64,000 nucleotides of DNA from Nitrospirota bacterium (GTDB taxonomy: Bacteria > Nitrospirota > Nitrospiria > Nitrospirales > Nitrospiraceae). The stretch is from positions 544,001 to 608,000 of the forward strand of contig CAVPBK010000006.1 of the NCBI GenBank assembly GCA_963701855.1. The letters are read 5' to 3'. Position numbers and translations under genes: made by a program. Shown here one piece after another: positions 9,961 through 21,658 of the stretch; the stretch's first letter is position 1, and each line of letters opens with the position of its first letter. Under the pieces are notes generated by a model, which worked only from the letters and a program-made list of their open reading frames with translations, made no database searches and was not told the DNA's origin.

Positions 9961-11157
9961 TCAATCGACCTGCTTGCGCAGAAAGGTGGGTACATCCCAT
10001 TCATCTTCTGTGACCGCCGCGGTTCGCTCCATCGATTCTCTACCGTCCCCCATCCGCCGCAAGAAGGTCGGGCGGTCGAGATCTTTGAAAGGCCGCTCCG
10101 CATACGAGCGTTCTCCCATCGTCTGGCTGGCGCCGGCCATCGCCTGTTGCCCGTTGCGAGAAGTCCGAGCCGCAGCCACGTGAACCGGAGCGGATTGCTC
10201 ATCTCGTTCAAATCCGGTGGCAATCACCGTCACGACCAGGTCGTCGCCCATATCGGGGTTGATCACCTGTCCGACAATGATATTGGCTTCAGGATCAGCA
10301 GTCTGCTGGATAATCGTGGCCGCTTCCTCGATTTCGTGCAACGACATGTTGGGCCCGCCGGTGATATTCAACAACACACCGCGCGCGCCCTCGACACTGC
10401 CCTCCTCCAACAACGGGCTGCAAATTGCCTTTTGAGCCGCTTCGATCGCCCGATTCGTCCCGCGCGCCACGCCCATCCCCATGACAGCACGGCCCGTATG
10501 CGACATCACGGTGCGGACATCGGCAAAATCTACGTTCACATGACCGGTGGTCGTGATCACATCCGCAATCCCTTGAATGGCCTGTCGAAGCACGTCATCG
10601 GCCACCTTGAAGGCTTCAAGCAGCGGTGTCGCTTTGTCGACGATGCCGAGCAATCTCTGATTCGGGATCACGAGCAAGGTGTCCACATGGCGGCGGAGAT
10701 CGCGAATCCCTTCATCCGCATGAACCATCCGACGATGACCTTCGTATGAAAAAGGTTTCGTCACGACCCCGACCGTCAAGATACCGAGTTCGCGAGCAAT
10801 GCTCGCCACGATCGGCGCGGCACCAGTCCCAGTTCCACCGCCCATCCCCGCAGTCACGAACACCATATCCGCGCCCTCAAGACACTCCCGAATCTGATCT
10901 TTGCTTTCTAAGGCCGAGTCTTTTCCGACTTCCGGTTTCGCCCCGGCGCCGAGTCCCCTCGTCCGCTCAGGACCCAGTTGAACCTTATACGACGCCCGCG
11001 ACCGATCCAACGCCTGCAGATCGGTATTCGCCGCGATGAAATCGACCCGCGCCAATCCTGACGTGATCATGGTATTCAGGGCGTTGCACCCGGCGCCACC
11101 AACACCGATCACTTTGATCCGAACGGGGGACACAACATCTTCTTCAAACGAAAACAT
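9961..11157 (-). CDS. ftsZ: Cell division protein FtsZ
   Basis: GMGGGTGTG tubulin motif; C-terminal DVPTFLR. Start trimmed to MFSFEED after a GGAGG RBS. Confidence 0.98.
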   Translation of the reverse strand: MFSFEEDVVSPVRIKVIGVGGAGCNALNTMITSGLARVDFIAANTDLQALDRSRASYKVQLGPERTRGLGAGAKPEVGKDSALESKDQIRECLEGADMVFVTAGMGGGTGTGAAPIVASIARELGILTVGVVTKPFSYEGHRRMVHADEGIRDLRRHVDTLLVIPNQRLLGIVDKATPLLEAFKVADDVLRQAIQGIADVITTTGHVNVDFADVRTVMSHTGRAVMGMGVARGTNRAIEAAQKAICSPLLEEGSVEGARGVLLNITGGPNMSLHEIEEAATIIQQTADPEANIIVGQVINPDMGDDLVVTVIATGFERDEQSAPVHVAAARTSRNGQQAMAGASQTMGERSYAERPFKDLDRPTFLRRMGDGRESMERTAAVTEDEWDVPTFLRKQVD

Positions 11158-11211
11158 CAGGACACCTCCCTTGATAAAATCCGCGTAGCGGACATCCGCC
11201 CCGCGCAACGG

Positions 11212-12447
11212 TTAAAAGAACTCGAACATCCAGGACTTCATACGATCGAATACCTTATACAACGGCCGTCCGCTGCGCAGACCAGCCGTAGCCATCTCCT
11301 CAAGATGATGCCGGGCATGGAGCAGCAGGCCGACACCGGTGGCATGCATGGGATTACTGACGATGTCGCGAAGCCCTCCGATCCCTCCGGGCGCGCCTCG
11401 GCGAGCCGGAAGATTCAAGACCTGCTCTGCCGCATCGGGCATCCCCTCCAACAACAACGTCCCGCCTGTAATGACCACCCCTGCCCCCAGCATGCCCTCG
11501 TAGCCGGCACGCGCAATTTCTCGGCGAACCAGCTCGAATATTTCTTCGACCCGCGGCTCAAGAATCTCGGCAACGTCACGGCGCGAGAACGTCCGTGCCG
11601 GACGGTCTCCGACCGAGGGGACCTCCACCGTTTCATGGCCTTGCACTAATCCTGTTCGAGCAATCCCACGATGCAGTTTGATCTTCTCGGCTTCGGTCTG
11701 AGAGGTCAGCAACCCGATGGCAAGATCCTTCGTCAGATTCTGCCCGCCGATCGGCAAGACCGCGGAATGCCTGATGCTCCCATCGAGGAAAATCGCGAGA
11801 TCGGTCGTCCCACCACCGAGATCAACCATGGCAACCCCCAGATCCCGCTCTTCCTGGCTAAGGACGGCCTCACTGGAAGCCAAGGGCTGCAGCACCATAT
11901 CCACAACATCGAGCCCTGCGCGATTCACACACTTGATGATGTTCTGCGCTGAAGTCACGGCGCCGGTAATGACATGCACGTTGACTTCGAGACGGTTTCC
12001 GGACAGACCCAACGGCTCCCGAACCCCCTCCTGTCCGTCCACCATGAATTCACGGGGCAGCACATGAAGAATACGCCGTTCATGGGGGATGACTGCCAGA
12101 GTCCGCGCACTTTCGATCGCACGTTGGATATCTTCTCGTGTGACTTCTGACTTTTTGAGCGCCACAACACCCTTGCAGTTTTCCGCAGAGATGTGGCTGC
12201 CGGCGATGCCGGTATAGACGGAATTGATCTGGACCGCCGCCATCAGCTCGGCTTCCTCCACTGCCTTCTTGATCGATTCCACGGTACTTTCGATATCAAC
12301 CACAACGCCCTTGCGGAGTCCTCGCGACGGGCTCGAACCGACCCCGATGATGTTGAGCGCCCCTTCATCGGTAACTTCCGAAACGATGGCGCAGATCTTC
12401 GTGGTTCCAATGTCCAACCCCACAAGAATCTGATCACGCTTCGGCAT
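11212..12447 (-). CDS. ftsA: Cell division protein FtsA
   Basis: GLDIGTTK, DLGGGTTD, amphipathic C-terminus. Confidence 0.97.
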   Translation of the reverse strand: MPKRDQILVGLDIGTTKICAIVSEVTDEGALNIIGVGSSPSRGLRKGVVVDIESTVESIKKAVEEAELMAAVQINSVYTGIAGSHISAENCKGVVALKKSEVTREDIQRAIESARTLAVIPHERRILHVLPREFMVDGQEGVREPLGLSGNRLEVNVHVITGAVTSAQNIIKCVNRAGLDVVDMVLQPLASSEAVLSQEERDLGVAMVDLGGGTTDLAIFLDGSIRHSAVLPIGGQNLTKDLAIGLLTSQTEAEKIKLHRGIARTGLVQGHETVEVPSVGDRPARTFSRRDVAEILEPRVEEIFELVRREIARAGYEGMLGAGVVITGGTLLLEGMPDAAEQVLNLPARRGAPGGIGGLRDIVSNPMHATGVGLLLHARHHLEEMATAGLRSGRPLYKVFDRMKSWMFEFF

Positions 12448-12452
12448 AGCCC

Positions 12453-13322
12453 TCACGCCTTTTCTCGTACAATGACACGGTTGTTGTAACGCAGATCGAT
12501 CTCGCTCACCGTGCGCTTCCGGTCATCGAGTGGGGCAATTTTGAATGACGGATTCACTTTCCGAAATCGCTCCCACTGGTCAACCAGGGAATCGTCGCCA
12601 AACTGGAATCGCACCCCATTGGCTGACGCCACCACATTCGAAAACTTCGTGAGATCGACTTCAACCCGCCCATCGAAGGTACTGGCAATGAGCTTGGCCA
12701 GCACGATACCGGACTGAACCGCGTTGCGGGCGCCTGCTTCACCGTGCTGAAGAGACTGAGTATCCAGCCCGATCAACAAGGGCAGCATCTGATCATCCCG
12801 CCTGCCCAACTGAGCGAGAAGGTACCCGCTCTCATCGCTCAACCAATGGTCAGCGCCAGTCCGAATAATGGCTGCGGGTGTACGCTCCAATATGGTGACG
12901 TGCAGCAGATGCGGCGGACGGCGTTCGACCGTCGCCTCCTTGATCCAGGCATGCATCCGCACTCGCTCGGCAAGAAATGCTGTACTGACTTGATGGAGCC
13001 CCATGCCGGGCTTCAAGACGAGCCGCTCCAACACCTCCGGTTTCGTCACATGGTGAATGCCCTCAATCTCTACCTCGCGGATTTCCAACCAGCCCTGAAG
13101 AACCGGCCCCATCTCTCGCGTGACCATGGTCAGCCCCCAAGCCAACACCGCAATACCGACAATCCATTTCCCCACGCGCAACGCACGCCGACCTCGCAAG
13201 AGGAGTCTCTCCCGGCGCGCTTGTTGACGCTGATCTGAGACCTGATCCGCACGGGCGCCCTTCCATTGGTTCACCCGAAGACCGATTTCAGGCGCCGTTC
13301 GTTTCCGCATGAGCACCTTCAT
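12453..13322 (-). CDS. ftsQ: Cell division protein FtsQ/DivIB
   Basis: Single TM, POTRA-like region, IDLRY C-terminus; dcw position. Confidence 0.88.
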   Translation of the reverse strand: MKVLMRKRTAPEIGLRVNQWKGARADQVSDQRQQARRERLLLRGRRALRVGKWIVGIAVLAWGLTMVTREMGPVLQGWLEIREVEIEGIHHVTKPEVLERLVLKPGMGLHQVSTAFLAERVRMHAWIKEATVERRPPHLLHVTILERTPAAIIRTGADHWLSDESGYLLAQLGRRDDQMLPLLIGLDTQSLQHGEAGARNAVQSGIVLAKLIASTFDGRVEVDLTKFSNVVASANGVRFQFGDDSLVDQWERFRKVNPSFKIAPLDDRKRTVSEIDLRYNNRVIVREKA

Positions 13323-14329
13323 GACATGCTCCCTTCCTCTGACGAATGGGCAAAGCGGGCCGCGCGAACGAGTGCGGACTCGAGAATCCGCTCGGTCAGC
13401 TCGTCATAGTCGATCTCGCTCTGTGCCGCCGCCATCGGAAGCAAACTCGTTTCGGTCATGCCAGGCGCCGTATTAATTTCCAATACAACGGGACGGCCAC
13501 GCGGGGTGATGCGGAAATCGACCCGGGCCGCGCCTTCACAGCCCAGCACCTCATAGGTGCGCAGCGCCAACGTGCGAATCTGCCGGGTCACCGCTGCGGT
13601 CAAGGGTGCAGGACAGAGATACTGTGTGTTCCCCTTTGCATACTTCGCTGCAAAATCGTAAAAGCCTCCTGGCGCCACAATTTCCACGGCGGGGAGCACC
13701 AAGGGAGAGGAAGTACGCCGACCAATGATTGACACCGTGACCTCATGCCCAGGAATATAGGCCTCGACCATCGCATCTGTATCGTAGCGATGGGCCAAAG
13801 CCAAAGCGTCGCGCCACTGCGACATCTTCCGCACGATGGTGACGCCGATCGTGGACCCTTGCGACGCAGGCTTCACCACAACTGGCCAGCGTACTTTTGC
13901 CGCTCGCAGTATGGTGGCGCTGGAAACCTTTTCCCCGCGCTTCACGACTGTGCCGTCCGGTACAGGAATGCCCGCTGAGGCCAAGAGCGTTTTCGTCGTC
14001 ACTTTATGCATGCCGATCGCACTGGCCTGGATGCCGGATCCGGTATAGGGAACTCCCAAAGTTTCCAGGAATCCTTGAATCGCCCCATCTTCCCCACCCG
14101 GTCCATGCAAAGCCAGAAATGCGAGGGCAACCTTCTGGTCACGCAAGTCCTGAAAGAGTGTCGGTCCAACATCGATGGCCACCGCTTCGTAGCCACGACG
14201 GACCAACGACCGATGTACCGCAGCGCCCGTCCTGAGTGACACATCACGCTCCGCCGATTGCCCGCCCATCAGCACCCCGATGCGGGCACGGGTCAGAAGG
14301 GGTCGCTCTGTCAGACTGGACTCGCTCAT
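13319..14329 (-). CDS. ddl: D-alanine--D-alanine ligase
   Basis: GGQSAERDVS, LHGPGGEDG, EINTAPG. Confidence 0.96.
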   Translation of the reverse strand: MSESSLTERPLLTRARIGVLMGGQSAERDVSLRTGAAVHRSLVRRGYEAVAIDVGPTLFQDLRDQKVALAFLALHGPGGEDGAIQGFLETLGVPYTGSGIQASAIGMHKVTTKTLLASAGIPVPDGTVVKRGEKVSSATILRAAKVRWPVVVKPASQGSTIGVTIVRKMSQWRDALALAHRYDTDAMVEAYIPGHEVTVSIIGRRTSSPLVLPAVEIVAPGGFYDFAAKYAKGNTQYLCPAPLTAAVTRQIRTLALRTYEVLGCEGAARVDFRITPRGRPVVLEINTAPGMTETSLLPMAAAQSEIDYDELTERILESALVRAARFAHSSEEGSMS

Positions 14330-14333
14330 ACCG

Positions 14334-15284
14334 CTACGCCTTTCCTACGATTTTGAGTTCAAGATCTAACCGCACACCTGCTCGGCGTCGAATCTCGCTG
14401 CGGACCATCCCGATCAGCGCAATCACGTCCGCCGCGCTCGCCTGCCCCCGATTGACCATGAAGTTGGCATGCTTCATCGAGACTTCCACATCGCCAACGC
14501 GTGCACCCTTGAGGCCAATCGCCTCAATCAGTCGGCCGGCAGAATCGTTTGGAGGGTTCTTGAACACACACCCGGCGCTCGGCATTGCAAGCGGCTGCGT
14601 GTCCCGTCGATAGTGGAGGTAGTCTTTGACCACTCGCTCAATCTCCGATCGAACCCCTTGTTTCAATTGAAGCCACACCCCCACAACGATGCCGCGCGGC
14701 AGTAAGGCCCGTCGATACTCGAACTTCACCTGAGCTGCCTCCAAATCCACGATGTGGCCTTTCATATTCACCATGCGAAGGGCCTTAATCGAATCCTTCA
14801 TTTCCCCGAGCTTTGTCCCCGCGTTCATCACGACACAGCCAGCCACAGTACCGGGAATTCCCGCCGCCCATTCCAATCCCGCAAGGGAGTGGCGAATGGC
14901 ATACCCAATCAATGTCGGCATTCCGACGCCCCCTTCGGCATAGAGGACGGACCCCGGTCCTTCCTTAATCCCCCGCAACCGAGCCAGGCTGACCACAATG
15001 CCGCGGATTCCTCCATCTCGGACCAACAGATTCGTCCCACCCAGGACAAACAACGGAATCTTGCGCGCGCGTGCCTGGAGCACCGCCAAACAGAGATCCT
15101 CGATATCGAACGGCTCAACCACAACGTCTGCCGGCCCACCAATCTTGAATGAGGTGTACTCTCGTAGCGGAGCCCCAAAGGACACGGACCCCCGGAGTCC
15201 TGCCATCGCAGCCCGCACATCCGCCTGCGTGAACTGCGCACGCATTCTCGCCGCTGTCGTGACATGCCGACCACCTCGCTTCAT
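14334..15284 (-). CDS. murB: UDP-N-acetylenolpyruvoylglucosamine reductase
   Basis: GIPGTVAG..MNAG, SAGCVFKNP, HANF. Confidence 0.95.
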   Translation of the reverse strand: MKRGGRHVTTAARMRAQFTQADVRAAMAGLRGSVSFGAPLREYTSFKIGGPADVVVEPFDIEDLCLAVLQARARKIPLFVLGGTNLLVRDGGIRGIVVSLARLRGIKEGPGSVLYAEGGVGMPTLIGYAIRHSLAGLEWAAGIPGTVAGCVVMNAGTKLGEMKDSIKALRMVNMKGHIVDLEAAQVKFEYRRALLPRGIVVGVWLQLKQGVRSEIERVVKDYLHYRRDTQPLAMPSAGCVFKNPPNDSAGRLIEAIGLKGARVGDVEVSMKHANFMVNRGQASAADVIALIGMVRSEIRRRAGVRLDLELKIVGKA

Positions 15285-15291
15285 GGCATCA

Positions 15292-16683
15292 TCATGCGAT
15301 GGGGTTCAATCGTGCTAACAGTCCAAGCCCCGCCTTCCAAATATCTCCCGCCCCTAATGTAATGACGAGATCTCCTGCTTTCAGATGGGGCAGCACCTGA
15401 TCCACCAACTGCTCTTTTTGTTCCACAAAGGTTACGGACGGATGACCGGCCGCACGAACAATGTCAGCCAACTTGGCTCCGGACACCCCATCAATCGGCT
15501 GCTCCCCCGCCGCGTAGATGTCCGCCAAGAACAGTACGTCTGATTGGTCGAACGCCTTCGCAAAATCCTCCAGCAGGTCTCGCGTCCTGGTATAACGATG
15601 CGGCTGAAACAGCACCACCAAACGCCGGTCCCCCCATCCTTGCTTCGCTGCGGCCAGGGTGGCCTTGATCTCGGTGGGATGATGACCGTAATCGTCCACA
15701 ACCATGATCCCTTTGGCTTCGCCTCGAAGATGAAAGCGGCGCTCTACCCCGGCATAGGCCGCCAGCGCTTTTCTGATGAGATCCACCGGCACGTCCAATT
15801 CGATCCCGATCGCAATCGCCACGAGCGCGTTGGAAACGTTGTGTCGGCCGGGCACCGCCAGGCGAAACGGGCCTAAATTGCGCCCACGGAACTGCGCCCG
15901 AAACTCAGCGCCCCATTGGTTTAAGCTGATCTCTGTTGCAAAGAAGTCAGGCGTGACTCCCTCACGTTCACTGAGCCCATAGGTCTGATAGCGCTTCACG
16001 ATGTTCGGGAAAAGCGCCCGGAGACGATCGTCGTCGGCACACAACACGGCCAATCCATAGAACGGCACCTTATTGATGAACTCGAGAAAAGACTCGTTGA
16101 TGCGCTCCATGCTTCCGTAGTGATCGAGATGTTCCCGATCGAGATTCGTCACTGCAGCAATGGTCGGAGACAGGCGGAGAAATGACCCATCGCTCTCGTC
16201 GGCTTCCGCCACAAGGAAATCGCCTCGACCAAGGCGAGCATGACTTCCCAGCGCATTCACTTTTCCCCCGATCACCATCGTCGGATCCAACCCGCCCTGC
16301 GCCAGCACATTGGCAACCATTGATGTGGTCGTGGTTTTTCCGTGCGCGCCGGCAATGGCAACTCCGAATTTCAGTCGCATCAGCTCCGCGAGCATCTCGG
16401 CCCGAGGAATCACGGGAATCTGCTTCGCCTTGGCCGCCACGACCTCGGGGTTCTGTGCTGACACGGCGGAGGAGATGACCACCACTTGGGCCTCCCCCAC
16501 ATTCGATTCCTGATGGCCGACAAAGATGCGCCCGCCGAGCTCTTCCAATCTCCGCGTCGTATCGGAGGCCTGCAGGTCCGAGCCCGTCACTTTGTATCCC
16601 AGCGTCAACAGCACCTCGGCGATGCCGCTCATCCCCGATCCCCCTATTCCGACTAAGTGAATCTGTTGCGTCTTACGAAACAT
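15292..16683 (-). CDS. murC: UDP-N-acetylmuramate--L-alanine ligase
   Basis: GIGGSGMSG, GAHGKTTT, DDYGHHPTE. Start trimmed to MFRKTQQ. Confidence 0.96.
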   Translation of the reverse strand: MFRKTQQIHLVGIGGSGMSGIAEVLLTLGYKVTGSDLQASDTTRRLEELGGRIFVGHQESNVGEAQVVVISSAVSAQNPEVVAAKAKQIPVIPRAEMLAELMRLKFGVAIAGAHGKTTTTSMVANVLAQGGLDPTMVIGGKVNALGSHARLGRGDFLVAEADESDGSFLRLSPTIAAVTNLDREHLDHYGSMERINESFLEFINKVPFYGLAVLCADDDRLRALFPNIVKRYQTYGLSEREGVTPDFFATEISLNQWGAEFRAQFRGRNLGPFRLAVPGRHNVSNALVAIAIGIELDVPVDLIRKALAAYAGVERRFHLRGEAKGIMVVDDYGHHPTEIKATLAAAKQGWGDRRLVVLFQPHRYTRTRDLLEDFAKAFDQSDVLFLADIYAAGEQPIDGVSGAKLADIVRAAGHPSVTFVEQKEQLVDQVLPHLKAGDLVITLGAGDIWKAGLGLLARLNPIA

Positions 16684-16750
16684 CGGCGCGCGCCTTACTC
16701 CACCGGTTGGTGGATACGACTGTGATCCCTGTCCACGTTGCTCAATACCA

Positions 16751-17869
16751 TTAGCTTCCTGCCGCTCCAACAGACCGGTTAACATCATGATGCCCCTCCA
16801 TGAGTGCGTAGCATTCGCGAACGATGACTTCGGCTGCATCGATTCGCCGCAGAGATAGGCTGGCTTCACCCATCGCCCGCAGTCGCTCAGGTTCCCCGAG
16901 GATACCCACCACTGTGCGGACCAACAGGGGGCCGGTGAGCACAGATTGCGGGAGCACCACGGCAGCTCCGGCTGCTTCCATCACCTTGGCATTCCTCGTC
17001 TGGTGGTCGTAGATGGCGGACGGCAGAGGAATTAGGATGGCCGGCTTTCCGCACGCCGTAAGTTCCGCCACCGTCATGGCTCCGGCTCTCGCCACCACGA
17101 GATCTGCCTGCCGTAATGCAGCAGGCATGTCATAGATAAATGGCATGACTTGCGGTTCGATGCCGGCACGACGATAGGCCTCGGCCACCCGCGCATGGTC
17201 GGACTCGCCGGTCTGATGGGTCACTGTGAGACGCGGCAGCTGCGTCATCAGATCGGGCAATCCTTCTGTCACCGCTACGTTAATCGTCTTCGCCCCTTGA
17301 CTTCCCCCAAAAATCAGCAGATGTGGCGATCCTGACTTCTCTTGGTTCCGTTCAATACTTTCCATGAACGCCTTGCGAATCGGAGTCCCCACCACACGTA
17401 CCTTGGAACGGTTGAACGAGTCGGCTGTCGATTCGAATGCGAGAAAGACGCGTTGAGCGAACGGCCCCACCGCTTTGTTAGCCATACCGGGATGTGCATT
17501 CGGCTCAAGAATCACACGCGCCACCCCGGTCAATGCTGCAGCAAGAAGCATCATTGGACTCGTATACCCGCCGACCCCGATCACCAAATCCGCCCGCCTG
17601 GTTCGTAGGATTCTCAGGCACTGCCACAAACTAACCGGCAGTGCGCACAGCCCTGTCAAAGCACCGAGCAGGCCTCTCCCCATCACTGGCTTGGCACTGA
17701 TCAACGCCAGATCGAATCCCTCGTGGGCGAGCACCTTCGACTCAAGTCCACGTGCCGTCCCCACGAAGAAAACCTTGGCCCTGGGATCGTACCGAAGAAA
17801 CTCTCGCGCCAATGCCACAGCCGGATAGAGATGGCCACCTGTACCTCCTGCTGCTATGACAATCGTCAT
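16751..17869 (-). CDS. murG: Lipid I N-acetylglucosamine transferase
   Basis: AGGTGGH, GGSQGA, RAGAMT. Real start MTIVIAAGG overlaps the ftsW stop. Confidence 0.96.
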   Translation of the reverse strand: MTIVIAAGGTGGHLYPAVALAREFLRYDPRAKVFFVGTARGLESKVLAHEGFDLALISAKPVMGRGLLGALTGLCALPVSLWQCLRILRTRRADLVIGVGGYTSPMMLLAAALTGVARVILEPNAHPGMANKAVGPFAQRVFLAFESTADSFNRSKVRVVGTPIRKAFMESIERNQEKSGSPHLLIFGGSQGAKTINVAVTEGLPDLMTQLPRLTVTHQTGESDHARVAEAYRRAGIEPQVMPFIYDMPAALRQADLVVARAGAMTVAELTACGKPAILIPLPSAIYDHQTRNAKVMEAAGAAVVLPQSVLTGPLLVRTVVGILGEPERLRAMGEASLSLRRIDAAEVIVRECYALMEGHHDVNRSVGAAGS

Positions 17870-19062
17870 CCGTGATCCAACCCATCGCGTCCACCTCGAG
17901 ACCCGCCGGCATGCCGGTCGCGAGAAATGCTGAGCAAGATCCCCACGCCGATCAGACTGACCACCAACGACGACCCTCCGTAGCTCACGAACGGCAAGGT
18001 GAGCCCTTTCGTCGGCAAAAGCCCCGTCACCACCGCGGCATTCACTAATGCTTGACTGCCGATCAACAAGGTAATGCCCATGCCCAGATAGCGGCCAAAC
18101 GGCACCCGCGCGCGCGCGGCGATCTGAAACCCCCGCCACACAAAAAATGCAAATAACAGGATGACCGTGGCGGTGCCGATAAGCCCTAGCTCTTCGCCGA
18201 CCAGCGCCAAGACAAAATCTGTATGTGCCTCCGGAAGAAAGTAGAGCTTCTGTTTGCCCTCGCCCAGTCCCACCCCAAACGGACCGCCGCTGCCGAAGGA
18301 CAGGAAGGATTGCGTGATTTGGAATCCGCCGTCCGACGCATCCTTCCACGGAGCCAGAAACGTCATAAGCCGTTGGCGTCGATAACTGGAACCAAGAACC
18401 AACGCCAGCACGATCGGGATCGCGCAGAGGCCTAATGCCAAGAGATGAAGGAAACGCGCCCCGGCGAGAAAACACATCCCGACCGTCACCAGTCCGAGCA
18501 CCACGACCGTCCCAAGATCCGGCTCCAGCAACACCAGTCCACTCAACAATCCGATCACGATCAAAGCCGGCAGAAGTCCATCGCGAAACAACGTAATCTT
18601 GTCCCCTTTTTTGGTCAGATACGCCGCCATGTAGACAACAGCCACAAGCTTGACCATTTCCGCCGGCTGCACCGAGATGAATCCCACCCGCAACCATCGC
18701 CGCGCCCCCTTGGCCGCCACACCGAGCGACGGGAGCAGCACCATGATGAGCAGGAGCAACATGCAGACCACCATCGGAATGGAGAGCTTTTTCCAAAATG
18801 TGTAATCGATGCGCGACGCGAGATGCATCAACAGTAAGCCGAACGCAAGCCAGGCGATCTGCCGTTTCAGAAAAAAACCGGGATCCTGAAACCTGTTGCC
18901 CGCCACGATGGCGCTCGCACTGAACACCATGACCAGTCCCACTAGCGCTAGGATCATGGTGACCGCCAGCAGCGTGTGGTCCGCCGCCACCCGTTGCTTG
19001 CCCGATCGTTGGCTGGTCTGGGACCATGGGAGCGCCAGAGTCCCTGCTGATCGATGCACCAT
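17866..19062 (-). CDS. ftsW: SEDS peptidoglycan polymerase FtsW
   Basis: QPAE, PEAHTDF, PTKGLTLPFVSYGGSS. Confidence 0.96.
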   Translation of the reverse strand: MVHRSAGTLALPWSQTSQRSGKQRVAADHTLLAVTMILALVGLVMVFSASAIVAGNRFQDPGFFLKRQIAWLAFGLLLMHLASRIDYTFWKKLSIPMVVCMLLLLIMVLLPSLGVAAKGARRWLRVGFISVQPAEMVKLVAVVYMAAYLTKKGDKITLFRDGLLPALIVIGLLSGLVLLEPDLGTVVVLGLVTVGMCFLAGARFLHLLALGLCAIPIVLALVLGSSYRRQRLMTFLAPWKDASDGGFQITQSFLSFGSGGPFGVGLGEGKQKLYFLPEAHTDFVLALVGEELGLIGTATVILLFAFFVWRGFQIAARARVPFGRYLGMGITLLIGSQALVNAAVVTGLLPTKGLTLPFVSYGGSSLVVSLIGVGILLSISRDRHAGGSRGGRDGLDHG

Positions 19063-19094
19063 GGCTCAGAACCACCCCTCCCTCTCCTTGCACG

Positions 19095-20504
19095 TCACGC
19101 CGGTAACGCATGGACCAATGCCTTGAATTGGCGACCACGGTCTTGATAGTCCGCAAACATGTCGAAGCTGGCACAGGCCGGGGACAACAACACGACATCT
19201 CCCCGTGCGGCTCCCTGCGCCGCCAGATCCACAGCCTCCCGCAATGTGGCCGCTTCGGTCATCGTAGCAACACCCTCCCAAGCCTGTCGCAGCAGCGGAG
19301 CCGCTTCTCCGATCAGAATCACGCGCGTGACCCGCCGACTGACCGCCTGGGCCAGTCGCGAAAAGTCGCCTCCCTTATCTCGTCCTCCAGCAATGAGCCA
19401 AATCGGGTGATCGATACTCTCCAGTGCTTTGAGTGTGGCATCGACATTCGTACCCTTCGAATCGTTTACAAATCGGACCCCCCGACGCTCGCGAACAATT
19501 TCAAGGGCATGCTCGAGTCCGGGAAATGTCGTGAGGACACGGCGAATCGCGTCGAGAGAACAGCCGCACAGCAGGCCATAGGTCGCAGCTGCCATGATGT
19601 TCTCCGCGTTGTGGCTGCCGATGATGCGGATCTCGCTTCGATGGCAAATTTCCTGCCGTATCCCGGTCACTGTCGTCACGATCCGGTCGCCTTCGATGTA
19701 GGTTCCTCCATACATATCGGAGCCGATCGTCGACGTGGTCGTAAACCCCAAGCGTTTCGCACGAACTTGATGTCGTAGCCCAGCCACACGGTCATCATCA
19801 AGGTTGAATAGCGCAAAGTCCGACGCGATTTGATTCTCGAAGATCCGTTGTTTAGCCGCGAGATACTCATCCAGCGACTCATACCGATCCTGGTGATCGA
19901 CCGTCACGTTAAGCAATGCGGCGATCCAGGGATGGAATTGATCGATCGTTTCAAGTTGAAAACTGGAGACCTCCACAACGAGATAATCGTACGGACTCGA
20001 CTTCCCTGCTTGACCGGCGCGAAGATCTTCCACCGCGGCTTCGCTCGCGGCGGTGCCCAAATTGCCGCCGACAAATGCCCGCTTGCCACTCTCAGCAAGA
20101 AACTTGCCGATCAGGGTCACAGTCGTGCTCTTACCGTTAGTACCAGTGACTGCGAGGAGCGGGCTTCGGAGGAACTGCGAGGCGAGCTCCAATTCACTGA
20201 TCACCTTCACGCCACGCCGACGCACCGCTTCGAGCGGGGCTAGTCGATAGGGTACTCCTGGGCTGATCACCACCAAGTCTGCCTCATCAAGCGACGATTC
20301 GTACCGCGCCCCGACGGCCACGCTGACATGGTCGCGGTCGATACCGCCAAGGATCGATGCCAGTTCCGACGATTCTTTCCGGTCGGCGACCGTGACACGT
20401 GCTCCCGCCGCCTGCAGCAACCGGCACGCCGCTACACCGCTTCTGGCAAGTCCTATTACCGTGACACATGCTCCCGAAAGTTCCACAGCCGCTTCTCCCA
20501 CCAT
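19095..20504 (-). CDS. murD: UDP-MurNAc-L-Ala--D-glutamate ligase
   Basis: [30 protein letters not shown]. Confidence 0.96.
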   Translation of the reverse strand: MVGEAAVELSGACVTVIGLARSGVAACRLLQAAGARVTVADRKESSELASILGGIDRDHVSVAVGARYESSLDEADLVVISPGVPYRLAPLEAVRRRGVKVISELELASQFLRSPLLAVTGTNGKSTTVTLIGKFLAESGKRAFVGGNLGTAASEAAVEDLRAGQAGKSSPYDYLVVEVSSFQLETIDQFHPWIAALLNVTVDHQDRYESLDEYLAAKQRIFENQIASDFALFNLDDDRVAGLRHQVRAKRLGFTTTSTIGSDMYGGTYIEGDRIVTTVTGIRQEICHRSEIRIIGSHNAENIMAAATYGLLCGCSLDAIRRVLTTFPGLEHALEIVRERRGVRFVNDSKGTNVDATLKALESIDHPIWLIAGGRDKGGDFSRLAQAVSRRVTRVILIGEAAPLLRQAWEGVATMTEAATLREAVDLAAQGAARGDVVLLSPACASFDMFADYQDRGRQFKALVHALPA

Positions 20505-20508
20505 GCTG

Positions 20509-21585
20509 TCATCGAAGCTTTAAGGTACTCAGACTCAACAAGGCCAACAGAATGGCAATAATCCACAAACGCACCACGACCTTAGGCTCTTCCCACCCTT
20601 TCATCTCAAAGTGATGATGGATGGGCGCCATGAGAAAAATGCGTTTCCCGCGCGACTTAAACGAGATCACCTGAAAAATGACCGAGACCGCTTCGATCAC
20701 AAACACGCCGCCGACCATTAGTAGTAGCAGCTCGTGCTTGCTGATCACCGCAACCGTGCCCAACGCCGCTCCCAGCGGAAGTGAGCCCACATCCCCCATG
20801 AACACGGAGGCCGGATAGGTGTTGAACCACAGAAACCCCAGACTCGCCCCCAGAATAGCGGCGGTGAACACCGCGAGTTCACCCGCACCTTCGATGTGCG
20901 GAATGAGCAAATAATCAGACATGAGTCGGTGGCCTGTGACATAGGCCACAATCGTGTAGGCCATCGCCGCGATCATGACGGGGCCAATCGCGAGTCCATC
21001 AAGACCATCGGTCAGATTGACGGCATTGGAGCTCCCGACAATCACCAGCACGGCAAAGGCAACATAGAACCAGCCGAGATCCGGAACGATGTTCTTAAAG
21101 AACGGAATGCTGAGCTTGGTCGTATAGCCAGGCAGAAAATAGAGGACCAGCGCAATCGCCAGAGCCAGCGCCACTTGCGCCGTAAACTTCTGCCACGCCG
21201 ACAACCCCTTCGATTGGGCCTTGACGAATTTGAGATAGTCATCGACAAATCCAATCGCTCCGAACCCCAGCATGGCGGCAAGCACCAGCCAGACGTAGGG
21301 CTTCGCAATATCGGCCCAGAGGAGCGTCGAGAGGACTACGGCAAAGAGAATGAGCATCCCGCCCATGGTGGGTGTGCCGCTCTTCGCCAGGTGACGTTTG
21401 GGGCCATCACCACGAATCTGCTGGCCCAGCTTAATGTCTTGCAACTTCTTGATCACCCACGGGGCCAGCACAAAGGCGATCAAGAACGCCGTCACAGCCG
21501 CATAGATGATACGGAAGCTCAAATATCGAAAGACGTTCAGGAACGAATAGTCTGTATGAAACGGATACAGCCAGTTATAGAGCAT
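20509..21585 (-). CDS. mraY: Phospho-N-acetylmuramoyl-pentapeptide transferase
   Basis: [27 protein letters not shown]. Confidence 0.97.
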   Translation of the reverse strand: MLYNWLYPFHTDYSFLNVFRYLSFRIIYAAVTAFLIAFVLAPWVIKKLQDIKLGQQIRGDGPKRHLAKSGTPTMGGMLILFAVVLSTLLWADIAKPYVWLVLAAMLGFGAIGFVDDYLKFVKAQSKGLSAWQKFTAQVALALAIALVLYFLPGYTTKLSIPFFKNIVPDLGWFYVAFAVLVIVGSSNAVNLTDGLDGLAIGPVMIAAMAYTIVAYVTGHRLMSDYLLIPHIEGAGELAVFTAAILGASLGFLWFNTYPASVFMGDVGSLPLGAALGTVAVISKHELLLLMVGGVFVIEAVSVIFQVISFKSRGKRIFLMAPIHHHFEMKGWEEPKVVVRLWIIAILLALLSLSTLKLR

Positions 21586-21658
21586 GCGGTCTTTACCTTA
21601 GCAATAACAATGACCCGTCCCGTTTGACCGACTCTTGAGTCGGATGGGCACCACCCCT

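Noticed and set aside
15292..16869. N-terminally extended MurC
   Set aside because: The extension overlaps murG; homology starts at 16683.
16751..19198. 815-aa ORF as an extended MurG or fusion
   Set aside because: The N-terminal ~440 aa is an alternate frame over ftsW; MurG starts at 17869.
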